Assembly (NCBI GenBank): GCA_963674745.2 | Contig: CAXXDV010000003.1 | Span: forward strand, 1,120,001-1,184,000 | Direction of reading: 5' to 3' | Source of the DNA: Desulfosudaceae bacterium | GTDB lineage: Bacteria; Desulfobacterota; Desulfobacteria; Desulfobacterales; Desulfosudaceae | DNA: 64,000 bases | Part shown: positions 38,011-47,477 of the stretch, piece by piece | Layout of the letters: each line of letters starts with the position of its first letter | Numbering within the stretch: position 1 is the stretch's first letter | Made by a program: the position numbers and the translations under genes | The notes under the pieces: model-generated | What the model was told of the DNA's origin: nothing | What the model saw: the letters and a program-made list of their open reading frames with translations, nothing else | Database searches by the model: none

Positions 38011-40590
38011 TTAATCCTCTCCGAATGACTGGCCGCAGAGGGCGCCCAGGTTGCAGAAAGCGCAGGGTGTAAGGGCCAGGCGGTCGTCGATGATCCGGCT
38101 TTCTTTGGGCGGGTCTTCGTCGTTGCCCGGGATTTGAATTTCGCCCTGGTCCAGTTCTTCATGAATAGATTTATAGGTGCTTTTTATGGCCGACCAGGTG
38201 TCTTCGGCATCCACGCCGTCAATGACGATGGCGTCAGAAAAGGCCCCGGGGTCGGTGGTGATCAGTTGGCCGGTTTTGAGCATGAAATAGGCGGCCGGGG
38301 GGAACGGGGCTTTTTCTTTTTTCCGGAGGAGGTGTCCGTAAATCGTCAGCTGGAGGCTGGTGCCGTTGGCCAGTTCGGTTTGGCGGTATTTGACCCCGCC
38401 GCGTTTAAAGTCGACAACCGCTTGCGGGGAGGCAAACACCAGGTCCGGCCGGCCGTTGAGTTTTATACCCAGGGAAGCGACTTTCTGTTCATAGCTTTGC
38501 TCCACGGCGTCAATGGAAAAGCCGACCCGGTCCATGAGCTGGAAAATCCGTTCGGCCGCGGTTACCGTGTTGCTTCGTACCCGGGCCCGCAGGTCGTCGT
38601 AGCCAGGTAGAAAAAACCTGGCTGCCAGGTACGGCCCCTGCTGGTCAAATATTTTGCCGGCGTTTTTTGTGGCGGCCCGGGGTGTCTGTTTGCCCTGTTC
38701 CAGCAGGCGCCTGAGAATTTCATGGATAAACCAGCCCTCCAGTTCTTCGGGCGACGAGAGCGAAGCGGACAGGCCGCTGGAAATGTTGCCCAGGTAGGTT
38801 GCCACCCAGCGAAAAGGGCAGGAAAAGAGGGCCGACAGGCTGTTGGGCGATTCGGTTTCGCGCTTGGTGACCAGGCCCGGATCGATGTGAAGCCCGGTTT
38901 CCGGGTGGGGCAGGGCAATTCTTTTGCGCTTTTGGGTGCCCGGTTTTGAAGGGGAATGGATTTCCTGTGCTTCCAGAACAGCGGGATTGGCGTTCTTTTT
39001 TAACCGGCCGATCAGTTCGTCCCACAGGGGGTGAGGCGATTGTGCGTCATTGGTGAGGCTGTTCTCCGGGCAGGCCAGGATGAGGCGGCTTTCGGCCAGC
39101 AGCAGGGGCCGCTGCCAGCGGGCGGCGTTGCGGATGGCCTGTCGGCCCGGATCGGGAAGGATGACGCCGATATCTTTTAATGACTGTCGTTCATTGTCGG
39201 AAAACGGATCGGTGAAAACAGACCCGGCGGCATCGCGGTTGAACGACCACCAGAGGATGTTCTCGGCGGGGGCAACCAGGCATTCGGGGTCATTGACGTG
39301 GGCCAGGCCGGCCTGGTGCTGGTACAGGGGCAGGGCATGGCTTTCAACGGTAATATCGTGGATGATGCGCCGGATCTGGGGCGCGGTAAACGATTTCAGC
39401 CCGGACAGGTCGATCATGCGCCCGGCGTTTTCAAGCTGGGCGATCAGGGGGTGCCAGTCAATATCCCCGGAAGTGTCGTTTCGTAACCGTCCCCGGGCCC
39501 AGGCACGCAGCAGTTCGATCCTGAGCCGGATCTCGGCGGCCGGGTATTGTTTGCCTCCGATGCTGGGGTTGAAAATGGCCTCCAACCGCTTTTTAAGGTT
39601 GTTGCGGCGATTGGTGTCGGTGATGTTCTGCAAACCGTCGGCCAGGGCCCGGTGCCAATCTTCGGATCCCACAGCCGGGTAGTTCTGTAGTGCGCGGATC
39701 AGCCTGAAGGCGATGGAACGGGGGATGGGGCTGACCGGCAGTATCAGCAACTCCAGGGCCCGCTGGGGGTCCGGCGGTGACCAGGCCATTTCAAGGACCA
39801 GGGGCAGGATTTGCCGCAGGGCGTTGTCATAGACCGGGACGCTGCCGCCGGTAGTGGGCAGGCCAAAGCGATACAGGGCGGCATCCAGGGTGTTGTCCGG
39901 GCCGATGATGACGGTGCGGTCCGGATTTGACAGGCCGGACAGCCAGGCGGCGGCTTCCTGGGCGGCCGCCCCCGGGGTGAGCGGCCGGAGAAGCTGCAGG
40001 GAACCGTCGCCGGAGGGCACAAAGGGCGATTTGCGGCAGGCGGCCAGGTCGCCACCGGGTTTGGCCGGTATAATGCCGTTGACCGAGACGGTGGTGCCTG
40101 TCTGTGCCAGGACGGTGATGACATGTTGCCAGGTTTGGGGCAGATCGGTCGGCGGTTCGAACAGGTTTAATCCGGCGATAACGTTATTACGCCCGGTGAT
40201 GGCATCCGCTGCCTGAAGCAGGCGGTCGGGGATGCCGGGCAGAACGTCGGCGGTGACCTGGGCCAGGGCCGGCAGCCGGCCTTTTGCTTTTTCGCCATGC
40301 CAGCCATGCAGCCGGAGATAATCCCGCCATTCCAGGATTTTGGCGGCCGTGCCAAAGGGGTCGACGCCGGCGGATTCGCTCCAGAAGCCGTTGGTGTCGC
40401 GAATGGCCGGCACCAGGGATGCCACGCGTACGGCCCGGGGCAGGCCGGGGCCGCGTAGACCGGTCATGGTTTCAACGGTGTTGAGCAGGCCCAAAGGGCC
40501 GACCCAGAGTTCCCCGGCGGTTGCTTTGCGGTTTGTCAGCGGGCCGGGCCAGTGGCCTTTGTCGAAGGCCATATCGAAAGTGAGTTTCAT
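38011..40590 (-). CDS. AddB-like protein: degenerate helicase body plus PD-(D/E)xK nuclease with Fe-S staple cysteines
   Basis: SPNSL...CPFRW; GRPDL...VDFK...QLTIY; PCAFCNLGALC. Confidence 0.85.
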   Translation of the reverse strand: MKLTFDMAFDKGHWPGPLTNRKATAGELWVGPLGLLNTVETMTGLRGPGLPRAVRVASLVPAIRDTNGFWSESAGVDPFGTAAKILEWRDYLRLHGWHGEKAKGRLPALAQVTADVLPGIPDRLLQAADAITGRNNVIAGLNLFEPPTDLPQTWQHVITVLAQTGTTVSVNGIIPAKPGGDLAACRKSPFVPSGDGSLQLLRPLTPGAAAQEAAAWLSGLSNPDRTVIIGPDNTLDAALYRFGLPTTGGSVPVYDNALRQILPLVLEMAWSPPDPQRALELLILPVSPIPRSIAFRLIRALQNYPAVGSEDWHRALADGLQNITDTNRRNNLKKRLEAIFNPSIGGKQYPAAEIRLRIELLRAWARGRLRNDTSGDIDWHPLIAQLENAGRMIDLSGLKSFTAPQIRRIIHDITVESHALPLYQHQAGLAHVNDPECLVAPAENILWWSFNRDAAGSVFTDPFSDNERQSLKDIGVILPDPGRQAIRNAARWQRPLLLAESRLILACPENSLTNDAQSPHPLWDELIGRLKKNANPAVLEAQEIHSPSKPGTQKRKRIALPHPETGLHIDPGLVTKRETESPNSLSALFSCPFRWVATYLGNISSGLSASLSSPEELEGWFIHEILRRLLEQGKQTPRAATKNAGKIFDQQGPYLAARFFLPGYDDLRARVRSNTVTAAERIFQLMDRVGFSIDAVEQSYEQKVASLGIKLNGRPDLVFASPQAVVDFKRGGVKYRQTELANGTSLQLTIYGHLLRKKEKAPFPPAAYFMLKTGQLITTDPGAFSDAIVIDGVDAEDTWSAIKSTYKSIHEELDQGEIQIPGNDEDPPKESRIIDDRLALTPCAFCNLGALCGQSFGED

Positions 40591-40828
40591 AGGGAAAAAG
40601 TTTCAGGGTGTTAGAGTTTTAAGGTTTTAGGTGTCGGGCACGTAACTTCCCTCTTTTCTCTTTGTTGAATGACGGTTTTCTCCGTTATGTTTTATTATTA
40701 CCATGTTCTTTGAGGCGGCTCAACAGTTCCTCAATATTGAATGGCGTTACCCCCGGATCCAGGACCTTGTCCGGGGTGGGGTTGCCGGAAAGGCAGATTA
40801 TCTAATGTAAATAAGATATTTCATAAAC

Positions 40829-40849
40829 TTGTTCCATTAGGCGGAATGA
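40829..40849. promoter_or_regulatory. Candidate WYL operator, site 2
   Basis: TTGTTCC-ATTAGGC-GGAATGA, upstream of the AddB-like gene. Confidence 0.5.
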
Positions 40850-40929
40850 AAAGACGGATAAATATATCTGGATTCCGGCTTGGGGGCAGGGGTGACGAGG
40901 AAATGATGTTTTTTTTTGGTGGTTTATCT

Positions 40930-41283
40930 TCAGTCTTTTATCCACTTGAAATATACGCAGCCGATTCTTTTTTCTCCATTTTCATAGCCTTTAATCGTAT
41001 AGGTCGCTCCGGAAAAGTCGATGGATTCGTAAATTTTGCCATGTTCAAAAAAATCGGGACCATGGGGGCATTTTTCTTCTACGCAACCACAGCCGATATA
41101 TCGAAGACGGCGTTGACATTTTCTGATTTGAAACAGTTTTTCTACCAGTTCCGGTTGATAATGGGCAATGATCATTTTGACTGTTCTGGCCATTATTAAA
41201 GGGCAGTCGCGAATGGCCATTTCCAGTACCAGTTGGAATTTTTCTTCGTTTTCAAATCCTTCATATTGGTTACGGGTGTTCAT
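40930..41283 (-). CDS. Hypothetical Cys/His-containing protein divergent from the WYL gene
   Basis: GGAGG RBS; 117 aa; IGCGCVEEKCPHG. Confidence 0.55.
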   Translation of the reverse strand: MNTRNQYEGFENEEKFQLVLEMAIRDCPLIMARTVKMIIAHYQPELVEKLFQIRKCQRRLRYIGCGCVEEKCPHGPDFFEHGKIYESIDFSGATYTIKGYENGEKRIGCVYFKWIKD

Positions 41284-41374
41284 GGGGGCCTCCGTTTTTA
41301 TGGATGGGCACCCACAAGGGGTGCCCCAACGTGATCTTGCGTTCTGCGTCTTGCAGAAGGTGCCAGGGGTCGGT

Positions 41375-41420
41375 TTGACAAAAACAATGTTGCACGCTAT
41401 TGTTCCATAATATGGAACGA
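41375..41420 (+). promoter_or_regulatory. WYL gene promoter overlapped by candidate operator site 3
   Basis: TTGACA(41375)-17-TATTGT(41398); TTGTTCC-ATAATAT-GGAACGA at 41400-41420. Confidence 0.7.
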
Positions 41421-41445
41421 CAAATCATTTTTTCAGGGGGAATGT

Positions 41446-42441
41446 ATGCCGAGGAAAAAGTCCGATAGGACCCATGGTGAGAAACTGATGCAATTGTTCG
41501 GTGATTTGTATTTTGCCAGAAACCGCCGATCCATGATCGAACTGTCTGAAAAGCTGGGCTGTTCCAAGCAGACCGTCAAAAGGCTGGTTGATGATATTTC
41601 GCGCTCCTATGTCCAGATTGAAGAAATAAGGGAAGGCAGGAAGAGCTATTATCAGATCAAGCGCCCGGCCGGTGAAGGTAAAGCCTTGAGTATTTCACCC
41701 TCAGAGCTGACCATGCTTTACATGTGTCAGTCGTTTACACGGCACCTGTTGGGTGACGAATTGTTCCAGGAGTCTGAAAAAGCGATACAGAAAAGCTGCA
41801 TTCTGGCCTCTGGTGGGGGCGGGTCGGAGCATTTTGATGTGTTTCTGCCCGGCACCATCGATTATTCGCCCCGGCAGAAAGACATCCGTCAGTTGATGAA
41901 AGCCATGGAAGAGAAGACCGTCTGCAAAGTTATCTATAGAAAGCCCTGGGAAGAAACCGTCAAGACGTTTTATATCAAACCGTATAAACTGTTTTCTTAT
42001 AACAACGCCCTGTATTTACATGCGGGTATGGCCCGATATCCGGGTTCAAAAAAGACGGCCTTTAAGTTTGATCCGCTGCTGGCCGTGCATCGACTGGAAA
42101 AAGTGACATTGACGGATAATCAATATGTTTTCCCCAAAAACTACAATTTTGGAAAACACTTTAACCAGGAATTCGGCATTATCAAGCAGGATGCCTTTAA
42201 AGTCAGGGTTGAGCTTACCGGTTATGCTGCTGCTTATGCCTGTGAACGACGGTTCAGCCCGGATCAGAAGGTAACTAAAAAAAATGATGGCAATCATATC
42301 CTGACGTTTACAGCTTCATCAGAGCCGGAAGTCCTGGCATGGATTTTGTCGTTTGGTGATGAGGTCAAGGTGCTGTCGCCGAAATGGCTGGTTGACGATG
42401 TTAAAGAGGCGGCTCAGGCAATCATTAAGCGGTATGAGTAG
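41446..42441 (+). CDS. wHTH-WYL-WCX transcriptional regulator
   Basis: ELSEKLGCSKQTVKR HTH; IKPYKL...ALYL-A; LAVHRL; WILSFGDEVKVLSPKWL. Confidence 0.92.
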   Translation: MPRKKSDRTHGEKLMQLFGDLYFARNRRSMIELSEKLGCSKQTVKRLVDDISRSYVQIEEIREGRKSYYQIKRPAGEGKALSISPSELTMLYMCQSFTRHLLGDELFQESEKAIQKSCILASGGGGSEHFDVFLPGTIDYSPRQKDIRQLMKAMEEKTVCKVIYRKPWEETVKTFYIKPYKLFSYNNALYLHAGMARYPGSKKTAFKFDPLLAVHRLEKVTLTDNQYVFPKNYNFGKHFNQEFGIIKQDAFKVRVELTGYAAAYACERRFSPDQKVTKKNDGNHILTFTASSEPEVLAWILSFGDEVKVLSPKWLVDDVKEAAQAIIKRYE

Positions 42442-42524
42442 GTTCGTTGAATTTTCAAGTCGGGTAAAGCCCGTCATGAATTTCTTTTATTACTTCTACG
42501 TTACTTTCTAAAATATTCTGCAAG

Positions 42525-42558
42525 TGTGACCGGATCTGTCACAGGTTTATGGTAGAGT
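42525..42558 (+). promoter_or_regulatory. TGTGAC-N7-GTCACA palindrome next to an extended -10
   Basis: TGTGACCGGATCTGTCACA-N6-TGGTAGAGT. Confidence 0.55.
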
Positions 42559-42813
42559 TACAACAATCAACTCAAGGGGATGTTTTAGAGTGTTAAGGTT
42601 TTAGCGTTTTAGGGTTATGAGGAATGGAGCCAATTTTATTCTGGGTTTCGGGTCAACCCAGGATGCCGAGACAGGGGGGGCTCAGGAAATATAGGTATTG
42701 AAAATGATTAAGCGCGTATATAAGATTAACCTTTAATAAAAGTAATGTATTTTAATGATTTATTGACCGGGCCAGGGTCCGGGTGGAACAACTCATTGAG
42801 GAGGGAATCAAAA

Positions 42814-43866
42814 ATGACCAGGGATTTGGTGAAAAGTGCGGATTCAGCAAGCGACAGGGGCCAGCTTCTTGTTTATGAAGTGGAAGACGGCCGCATAAAA
42901 ATTGATGTGCGATTGGAGGATGAAACCGTCTGGCTGACGCAGAAGCTGATGGCTGATCTGTTTCAAGTAACCGTTCCGACAATCAATGAGCATATAAAAA
43001 ACATATTTGAGGAAGGGGAGCTTATCCCTGAGGCAACTATTCGGAAATTCCAAATAGTTCAAAAAGAGGGACAGAGAAACGTAACCCGTACAATTGATCA
43101 TTATAATCTGGATGGTATTATTTCAGTCGGTTACCGCGTCAAAAGCCGGGTGGCCACCCGTTTTCGCATCTGGGCGACACAGCGCCTGCGCGAATATATC
43201 GTCAAGGGATTTATCTTAAATGATGAGCGGCTGAAAGAGCCGGAAGGTGGGCGGTACTTTGAAGAGTTGCTGGCCCGTATCCGCGATATCCGGTCTTCGG
43301 AAAAGGTTTTCTGGCGCAAGGTCCTGGATATTTATGCCACCAGCATCGATTATGATCCCACGGTGGAAATCTCTCAGAAATTCTTCAGTCAGGTACAAAA
43401 TATGATGCACTGGGCCGCCCATGGCCACACGGCGGCGGAACTGATTTATGAACGCGTCGACGCCTCGCAGACCAACATGGGGGTGACCAATTACCCGGGC
43501 AGTAAACTGCTCAAGCGTGATGTGGAAGTGGCCAAAAATTACCTGAACGAAAAAGAACTGGATCTGCTTAACCGGATCGTGACCGCTTACCTTGAAGTGG
43601 CTGAAATTCAGGCGTTGAACCGCAACCCCATGACCATGGCCGATTGGATAGAGCGCCTGCACCAGTTTCTGACAATGACCGGCCGTGAACAGTTGACCCA
43701 TGCCGGGACAATAAGCCATGAAGAAGCACTTCAAAAGGCCCATGAGGAATATGAAAAGTTTCGGGAAAGGCGGTTGGCGGAACCGTCCGAGGCGGAAAAG
43801 CACTTCATAGAGGCGGAAAAGAAGTTGAACCAGATTGAAACGGCCAATAAGAGCGGCGGTAAATAG
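42814..43866 (+). CDS. rhuM: Virulence RhuM family DNA-binding protein
   Basis: ETVWLTQ-MADLF, HIKNIFEEGEL, YNLD-IISVGYRVKS, FRIWAT, IRDIRSSEK; GAGGAGGG RBS before 42814. Confidence 0.92.
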   Translation: MTRDLVKSADSASDRGQLLVYEVEDGRIKIDVRLEDETVWLTQKLMADLFQVTVPTINEHIKNIFEEGELIPEATIRKFQIVQKEGQRNVTRTIDHYNLDGIISVGYRVKSRVATRFRIWATQRLREYIVKGFILNDERLKEPEGGRYFEELLARIRDIRSSEKVFWRKVLDIYATSIDYDPTVEISQKFFSQVQNMMHWAAHGHTAAELIYERVDASQTNMGVTNYPGSKLLKRDVEVAKNYLNEKELDLLNRIVTAYLEVAEIQALNRNPMTMADWIERLHQFLTMTGREQLTHAGTISHEEALQKAHEEYEKFRERRLAEPSEAEKHFIEAEKKLNQIETANKSGGK

Positions 43867-43954
43867 CACGGGCAATTTTTGGTTGGCCCGGGGTAGGCGT
43901 TTGTGGGTTTGGGGTTCGGGGTTCAGGATGACGAGGAATTGGGGCAATTGGGAA

Positions 43955-44066
43955 GGGCAACCACGGGGGGTTGCCCCTACGGGCCGTGGTGGGCGTTTGT
44001 GGGTGTTGTAGGGGCAGGCCTTCGTGCCTGGCCTGATGAAGGGCAACCACGGGGGGTTGCCCCTAC
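43955..44066 (-). repeat. GTAG-REP cluster (orientation reversed relative to the left arm)
   Basis: GTAGGGGCAGGCC...GGGCAACCAC...CCCCTAC on the + strand. Confidence 0.9.
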
Positions 44067-44227
44067 GGGTCGGGGTGAACACGTGGGGGAGCCACACGGG
44101 TGACCATACGGGAGTTTGTGTCCCGCCATTATTACCTTGACATATTTCGCGGGACGATCTAATACTTGCCGGTCTATAGGGCAAGTTGAAACTTATCATT
44201 AACACTCAAAAAACGGGGGTAATAACC

Positions 44228-44554
44228 ATGGCAGAAGTAAAAGGATTGAATAAACCGGTAAAGTTAAAAGCGGATCTGGCGGCGTTGCTTGGCGCTGACG
44301 CACTTCCCCGTACGGAAATAACCAAGAAACTGTGGGATTACATCAAGGCCAACAAGCTGCAGACAAAGACCGTAAACGGCAAGCCGGAAAACGGTGGAAA
44401 GAATATTGTGGCTGATGCCAAGTTGCTTAAAATATTCAACAACACCAAAGTGACCACCAAAAGCGGCAAGGTGGTGGATTTTACGGGATTAAAAGAAGGC
44501 CAGACGATTGATATGATGCAGCTGGCTTCGGTTGTGAGTGCGAATATTGAGTAG
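44228..44554 (+). CDS. SWIB/MDM2 domain protein
   Basis: LAALLG, PRTEITKKLWDYIKANKLQ, I-ADAKL. Confidence 0.88.
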   Translation: MAEVKGLNKPVKLKADLAALLGADALPRTEITKKLWDYIKANKLQTKTVNGKPENGGKNIVADAKLLKIFNNTKVTTKSGKVVDFTGLKEGQTIDMMQLASVVSANIE

Positions 44555-44702
44555 AAGGTTTTAGAGTTTTAAGGTTTTAGCGTTTTAGGGTTTTAGGTGG
44601 TTAAGTTTGCTTCGGCATTCTGGCCGGTTATCTTAAAACACGTTCAGTGGTTTCTTTATGTTCAGTAGGTCCGGGCCTTGGATCGGTGTCCGGGGTGTCG
44701 GG

Positions 44703-44840
44703 GTAGGGGCAGGCCTTCGTGCCTGACCTGATGACGGGCAACCACAGGGGGTTGCCCCTACAGGCCGTGCAAAGCAACCACAGGGGGGTGCCCCTACGGG
44801 CCGAGGAAACACGTTGGCAACCACGGGGGGTTGCCCCTAC
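44703..44840 (-). repeat. GTAG-REP cluster
   Basis: One doublet plus partial REP hairpins. Confidence 0.85.
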
Positions 44841-45090
44841 AGGTTGGGGGAAAAAGGGCGGCCTTATATTCACTGATAATCAAATCAAATAAATCACGGC
44901 CAGGGAGGGCTGAGTGAATTTTTCTAAGCACGATTCTCCATTTTTTGGCATAAGTAATACGAATTCTTGAGGTGCCAGATTGGCACCTCAAGAAAACAGG
45001 TCGGGGTGGGCGAAATCAGTGCGAGGTTTGGAGGTCGCAATTTGCGACGTCCAAATAAATAATAATTTTAAATGATAAGGGAAATCAGTC

Positions 45091-45627
45091 ATGGATGACA
45101 TTGTGCCGGTTGAAATAATTGCGGGAAATATTTTTATAATCAGGGGTGAGCGGGTCTTGATTGATCGGGATCTAGCAAAATTATACAATGTTACGACAAA
45201 ATTGTTAAATCAGGCCGTATCGAGAAACGAGCAGCGTTTTCCCGCAGACTTTATGTTCAGGCTTTCAAAACAGGAAAAGGATGAACTGGTCACAAATTGT
45301 GACCGGTTAAATTCATTAAAACACTCTTCTTCTCTGCCGCGAGCATTTACCGAACAAGGTGTGGCCATGCTGTCCAGTGTACTGAATAGTGAACGGGCGA
45401 TTGCCGTTAATATTCAGATAATGCGGACCTTTACGAAGCTTTGTCAGGCGATTTTGAGTAATAAAGACCTGAGAAAAGAGTTGATGGAGTTAAAGCAGTT
45501 CACGGAAGAACGCTTTAGTATTGTATTTGAAACACTGGACCAGCTTCTGGCGGCTGAATACAAACCGCCAAAACAGATTGGTTTTACCGTAAAAGAAAAA
45601 CAACGCGCGTTGCATAGGCCAGAATGA
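45091..45627 (+). CDS. ORF6N domain DNA-binding protein
   Basis: IRGERVLIDRDLAKLY, NQAVSRN-RFPADFMF, AFTEQGVAMLSSVLNS, IMRTF, KQIGF. Confidence 0.92.
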   Translation: MDDIVPVEIIAGNIFIIRGERVLIDRDLAKLYNVTTKLLNQAVSRNEQRFPADFMFRLSKQEKDELVTNCDRLNSLKHSSSLPRAFTEQGVAMLSSVLNSERAIAVNIQIMRTFTKLCQAILSNKDLRKELMELKQFTEERFSIVFETLDQLLAAEYKPPKQIGFTVKEKQRALHRPE

Positions 45628-45631
45628 GGAA

Positions 45632-45863
45632 GTAGGGGCCTTCCCATGTGGCTGGACTGGTGGAGGGCAACCACGGGGGGTTGCCCCTACGGGACGAGGT
45701 TGGCGTTCATGAAATAATGTAGGGACGGCTCCATGTGCCCGGACTGATGGAGGGCAACCACGGGGGGGTGCCCCTACGGGACGAGGTTGGCGTTCATGAA
45801 ATAATGTAGGGACGGCTCCATGTGCCTGTTCGGGGAAGGGCAACCACGGGGGGTTGCCCCTAC
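45632..45863 (-). repeat. GTAG-REP doublets (variant hairpins)
   Basis: Three units, including the GTAGGGACGGCTCCATGTGCC variant. Confidence 0.85.
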
Positions 45864-45966
45864 ATGTGTTCGCAATCGGGCACGGGCAAGCTTCGCTTGG
45901 CACGTGGCACCCATTTGAGGTTTGGGGTTTTTGGGGGCCGGAACGACGGGGTAGGCGGCACCGGGA

Positions 45967-47040
45967 TTAACGGGGCCCCGGCCCTTTGAAGACGGCCCGG
46001 TCCTTGCCGTTTTCCTTGGCTTCATAAAGGGCGGCATCGGCCCTTGCCACCAGGTCATCCGGGGATTCACCGGGCTGGTAGGCGGCAATGCCGATCGAGG
46101 TGGTGATTCTCAGGTCCGGTGAAATATCGGAAAAGTCAAGGCTCCGGGTGGCGGCCAGGAGCCGCTGGGTGCTGCTTGAGTCGCTGTCTTCGCACTGGAA
46201 GTTGGAAAACACCACCATAAACTCCTCCCCGCCGTACCGGCCCACATAATCCGTGGCCCGTGTATTGTGCTTCAAGACCTCGGCAAAGGCAGAGAGCACC
46301 GTATCGCCGGCCTGATGACCGTAGGTATCGTTCAAGTGTTTGAAGTTGTCCAGGTCGAGCATGCACAGCGAAAACGGGGTGCCGGCCCGGTCTGAAAAGG
46401 CCTTTTCCCTGTTCAGGACTTCGAAAATCTCTCTCCTGCTCAACACCCCGGTCAACGCGTCATGGGTGGCCAGGCGGGTGATGCGCCGTCGGAGCTTGGA
46501 GATGTAGTCGGCCATAGAGGATACCCAGACCAGGGACATCATCAATATCACCCACCGCATGATCTCCAGCCGGGGATCAACCGCCCCGGGTTCTGAAAAA
46601 TGCAGCAGCGCCATGGCCCCGGCATAAAGCCCGCCGGTTATGACGGTCAGTACCAGCAAATCCTTGAGCCGGAGCCGGAAGGTGCCGAACATGAAGGCCA
46701 GGATATATAGAACCGAGGCGGTCCCGCGTATCCGGTCGACCATGTGGTAGGCAATCAGCGTGATCGTCATAATGCCGCATAAAATCTGGAACAATGTGAG
46801 GCTGGGGTCACGGAAACGCTCGTTAAGGCCCGTATACATCAACGTCAGAATGACGAGGTGGATACCCAGCACCCATGCCGTGATGATCAAAACCATGCCG
46901 GGCCCAAGATCCCGGGCATATCCCAGATGAGCACCCAGGTAACACCCCGCAGCGATGAACAGATAACTGGCGACAGCCATCAACGTTCTGCGTATTCGCA
47001 ATGCCTGCCGGGTATCACCTTTGGGGAGAATGTTGATCAT
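45967..47040 (-). CDS. Membrane-bound diguanylate cyclase (GGDEF)
   Basis: Several TM helices; DLDNFK-LNDTYGHQAGD; RYGGEEF. The ORF-track extension to 47373 is REP-derived. Confidence 0.92.
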   Translation of the reverse strand: MINILPKGDTRQALRIRRTLMAVASYLFIAAGCYLGAHLGYARDLGPGMVLIITAWVLGIHLVILTLMYTGLNERFRDPSLTLFQILCGIMTITLIAYHMVDRIRGTASVLYILAFMFGTFRLRLKDLLVLTVITGGLYAGAMALLHFSEPGAVDPRLEIMRWVILMMSLVWVSSMADYISKLRRRITRLATHDALTGVLSRREIFEVLNREKAFSDRAGTPFSLCMLDLDNFKHLNDTYGHQAGDTVLSAFAEVLKHNTRATDYVGRYGGEEFMVVFSNFQCEDSDSSSTQRLLAATRSLDFSDISPDLRITTSIGIAAYQPGESPDDLVARADAALYEAKENGKDRAVFKGPGPR

Positions 47041-47160
47041 ATTTGTATTTACGGGTTTTGATGAAAAATTGAAATGATTATTATTATACATTGAAAACGC
47101 AAAACAATCCAGAAGGAGACGGAAAAAAGGGGGGGGCGGGGTTGGCGTTCGAGGGGTGTT

Positions 47161-47477
47161 GTAGGGGCAGGCCCCCGTGCCTGCCCTGATGAAGGGCAAC
47201 CACAGGGGGTTGCCCCTACGGACCGGGGTGGGCGTTCGTGGGGTGTTGTAGGGGCAGGCCCCCGTGCCTGCCCTGATGAAGGGCAACCACAGGGGGTTGC
47301 CCCTACGGACCGGGGTTGGCGATCGAGGGGTGTTGTAGGGGCAGGCCCCCGTGCCTGCCCTGATGAAGGGCAACCACAGGGGGTTGCCCCTACGGACCGG
47401 GGTGGGCGTTCATGAAGCAATGTAGGGGCAGGCCCCCGTGCCTGATCGGTGAAGGGCGACCCGCCGGTCGCCCCTAC
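47161..47477 (-). repeat. Array of 4 GTAG-REP doublets
   Basis: ~87 bp period. Confidence 0.95.

Noticed and set aside
34621..40630. Numerous overlapping antisense or alternate-frame ORFs
   Set aside because: Shadow ORFs of GC-rich coding sequence with no recognisable motifs
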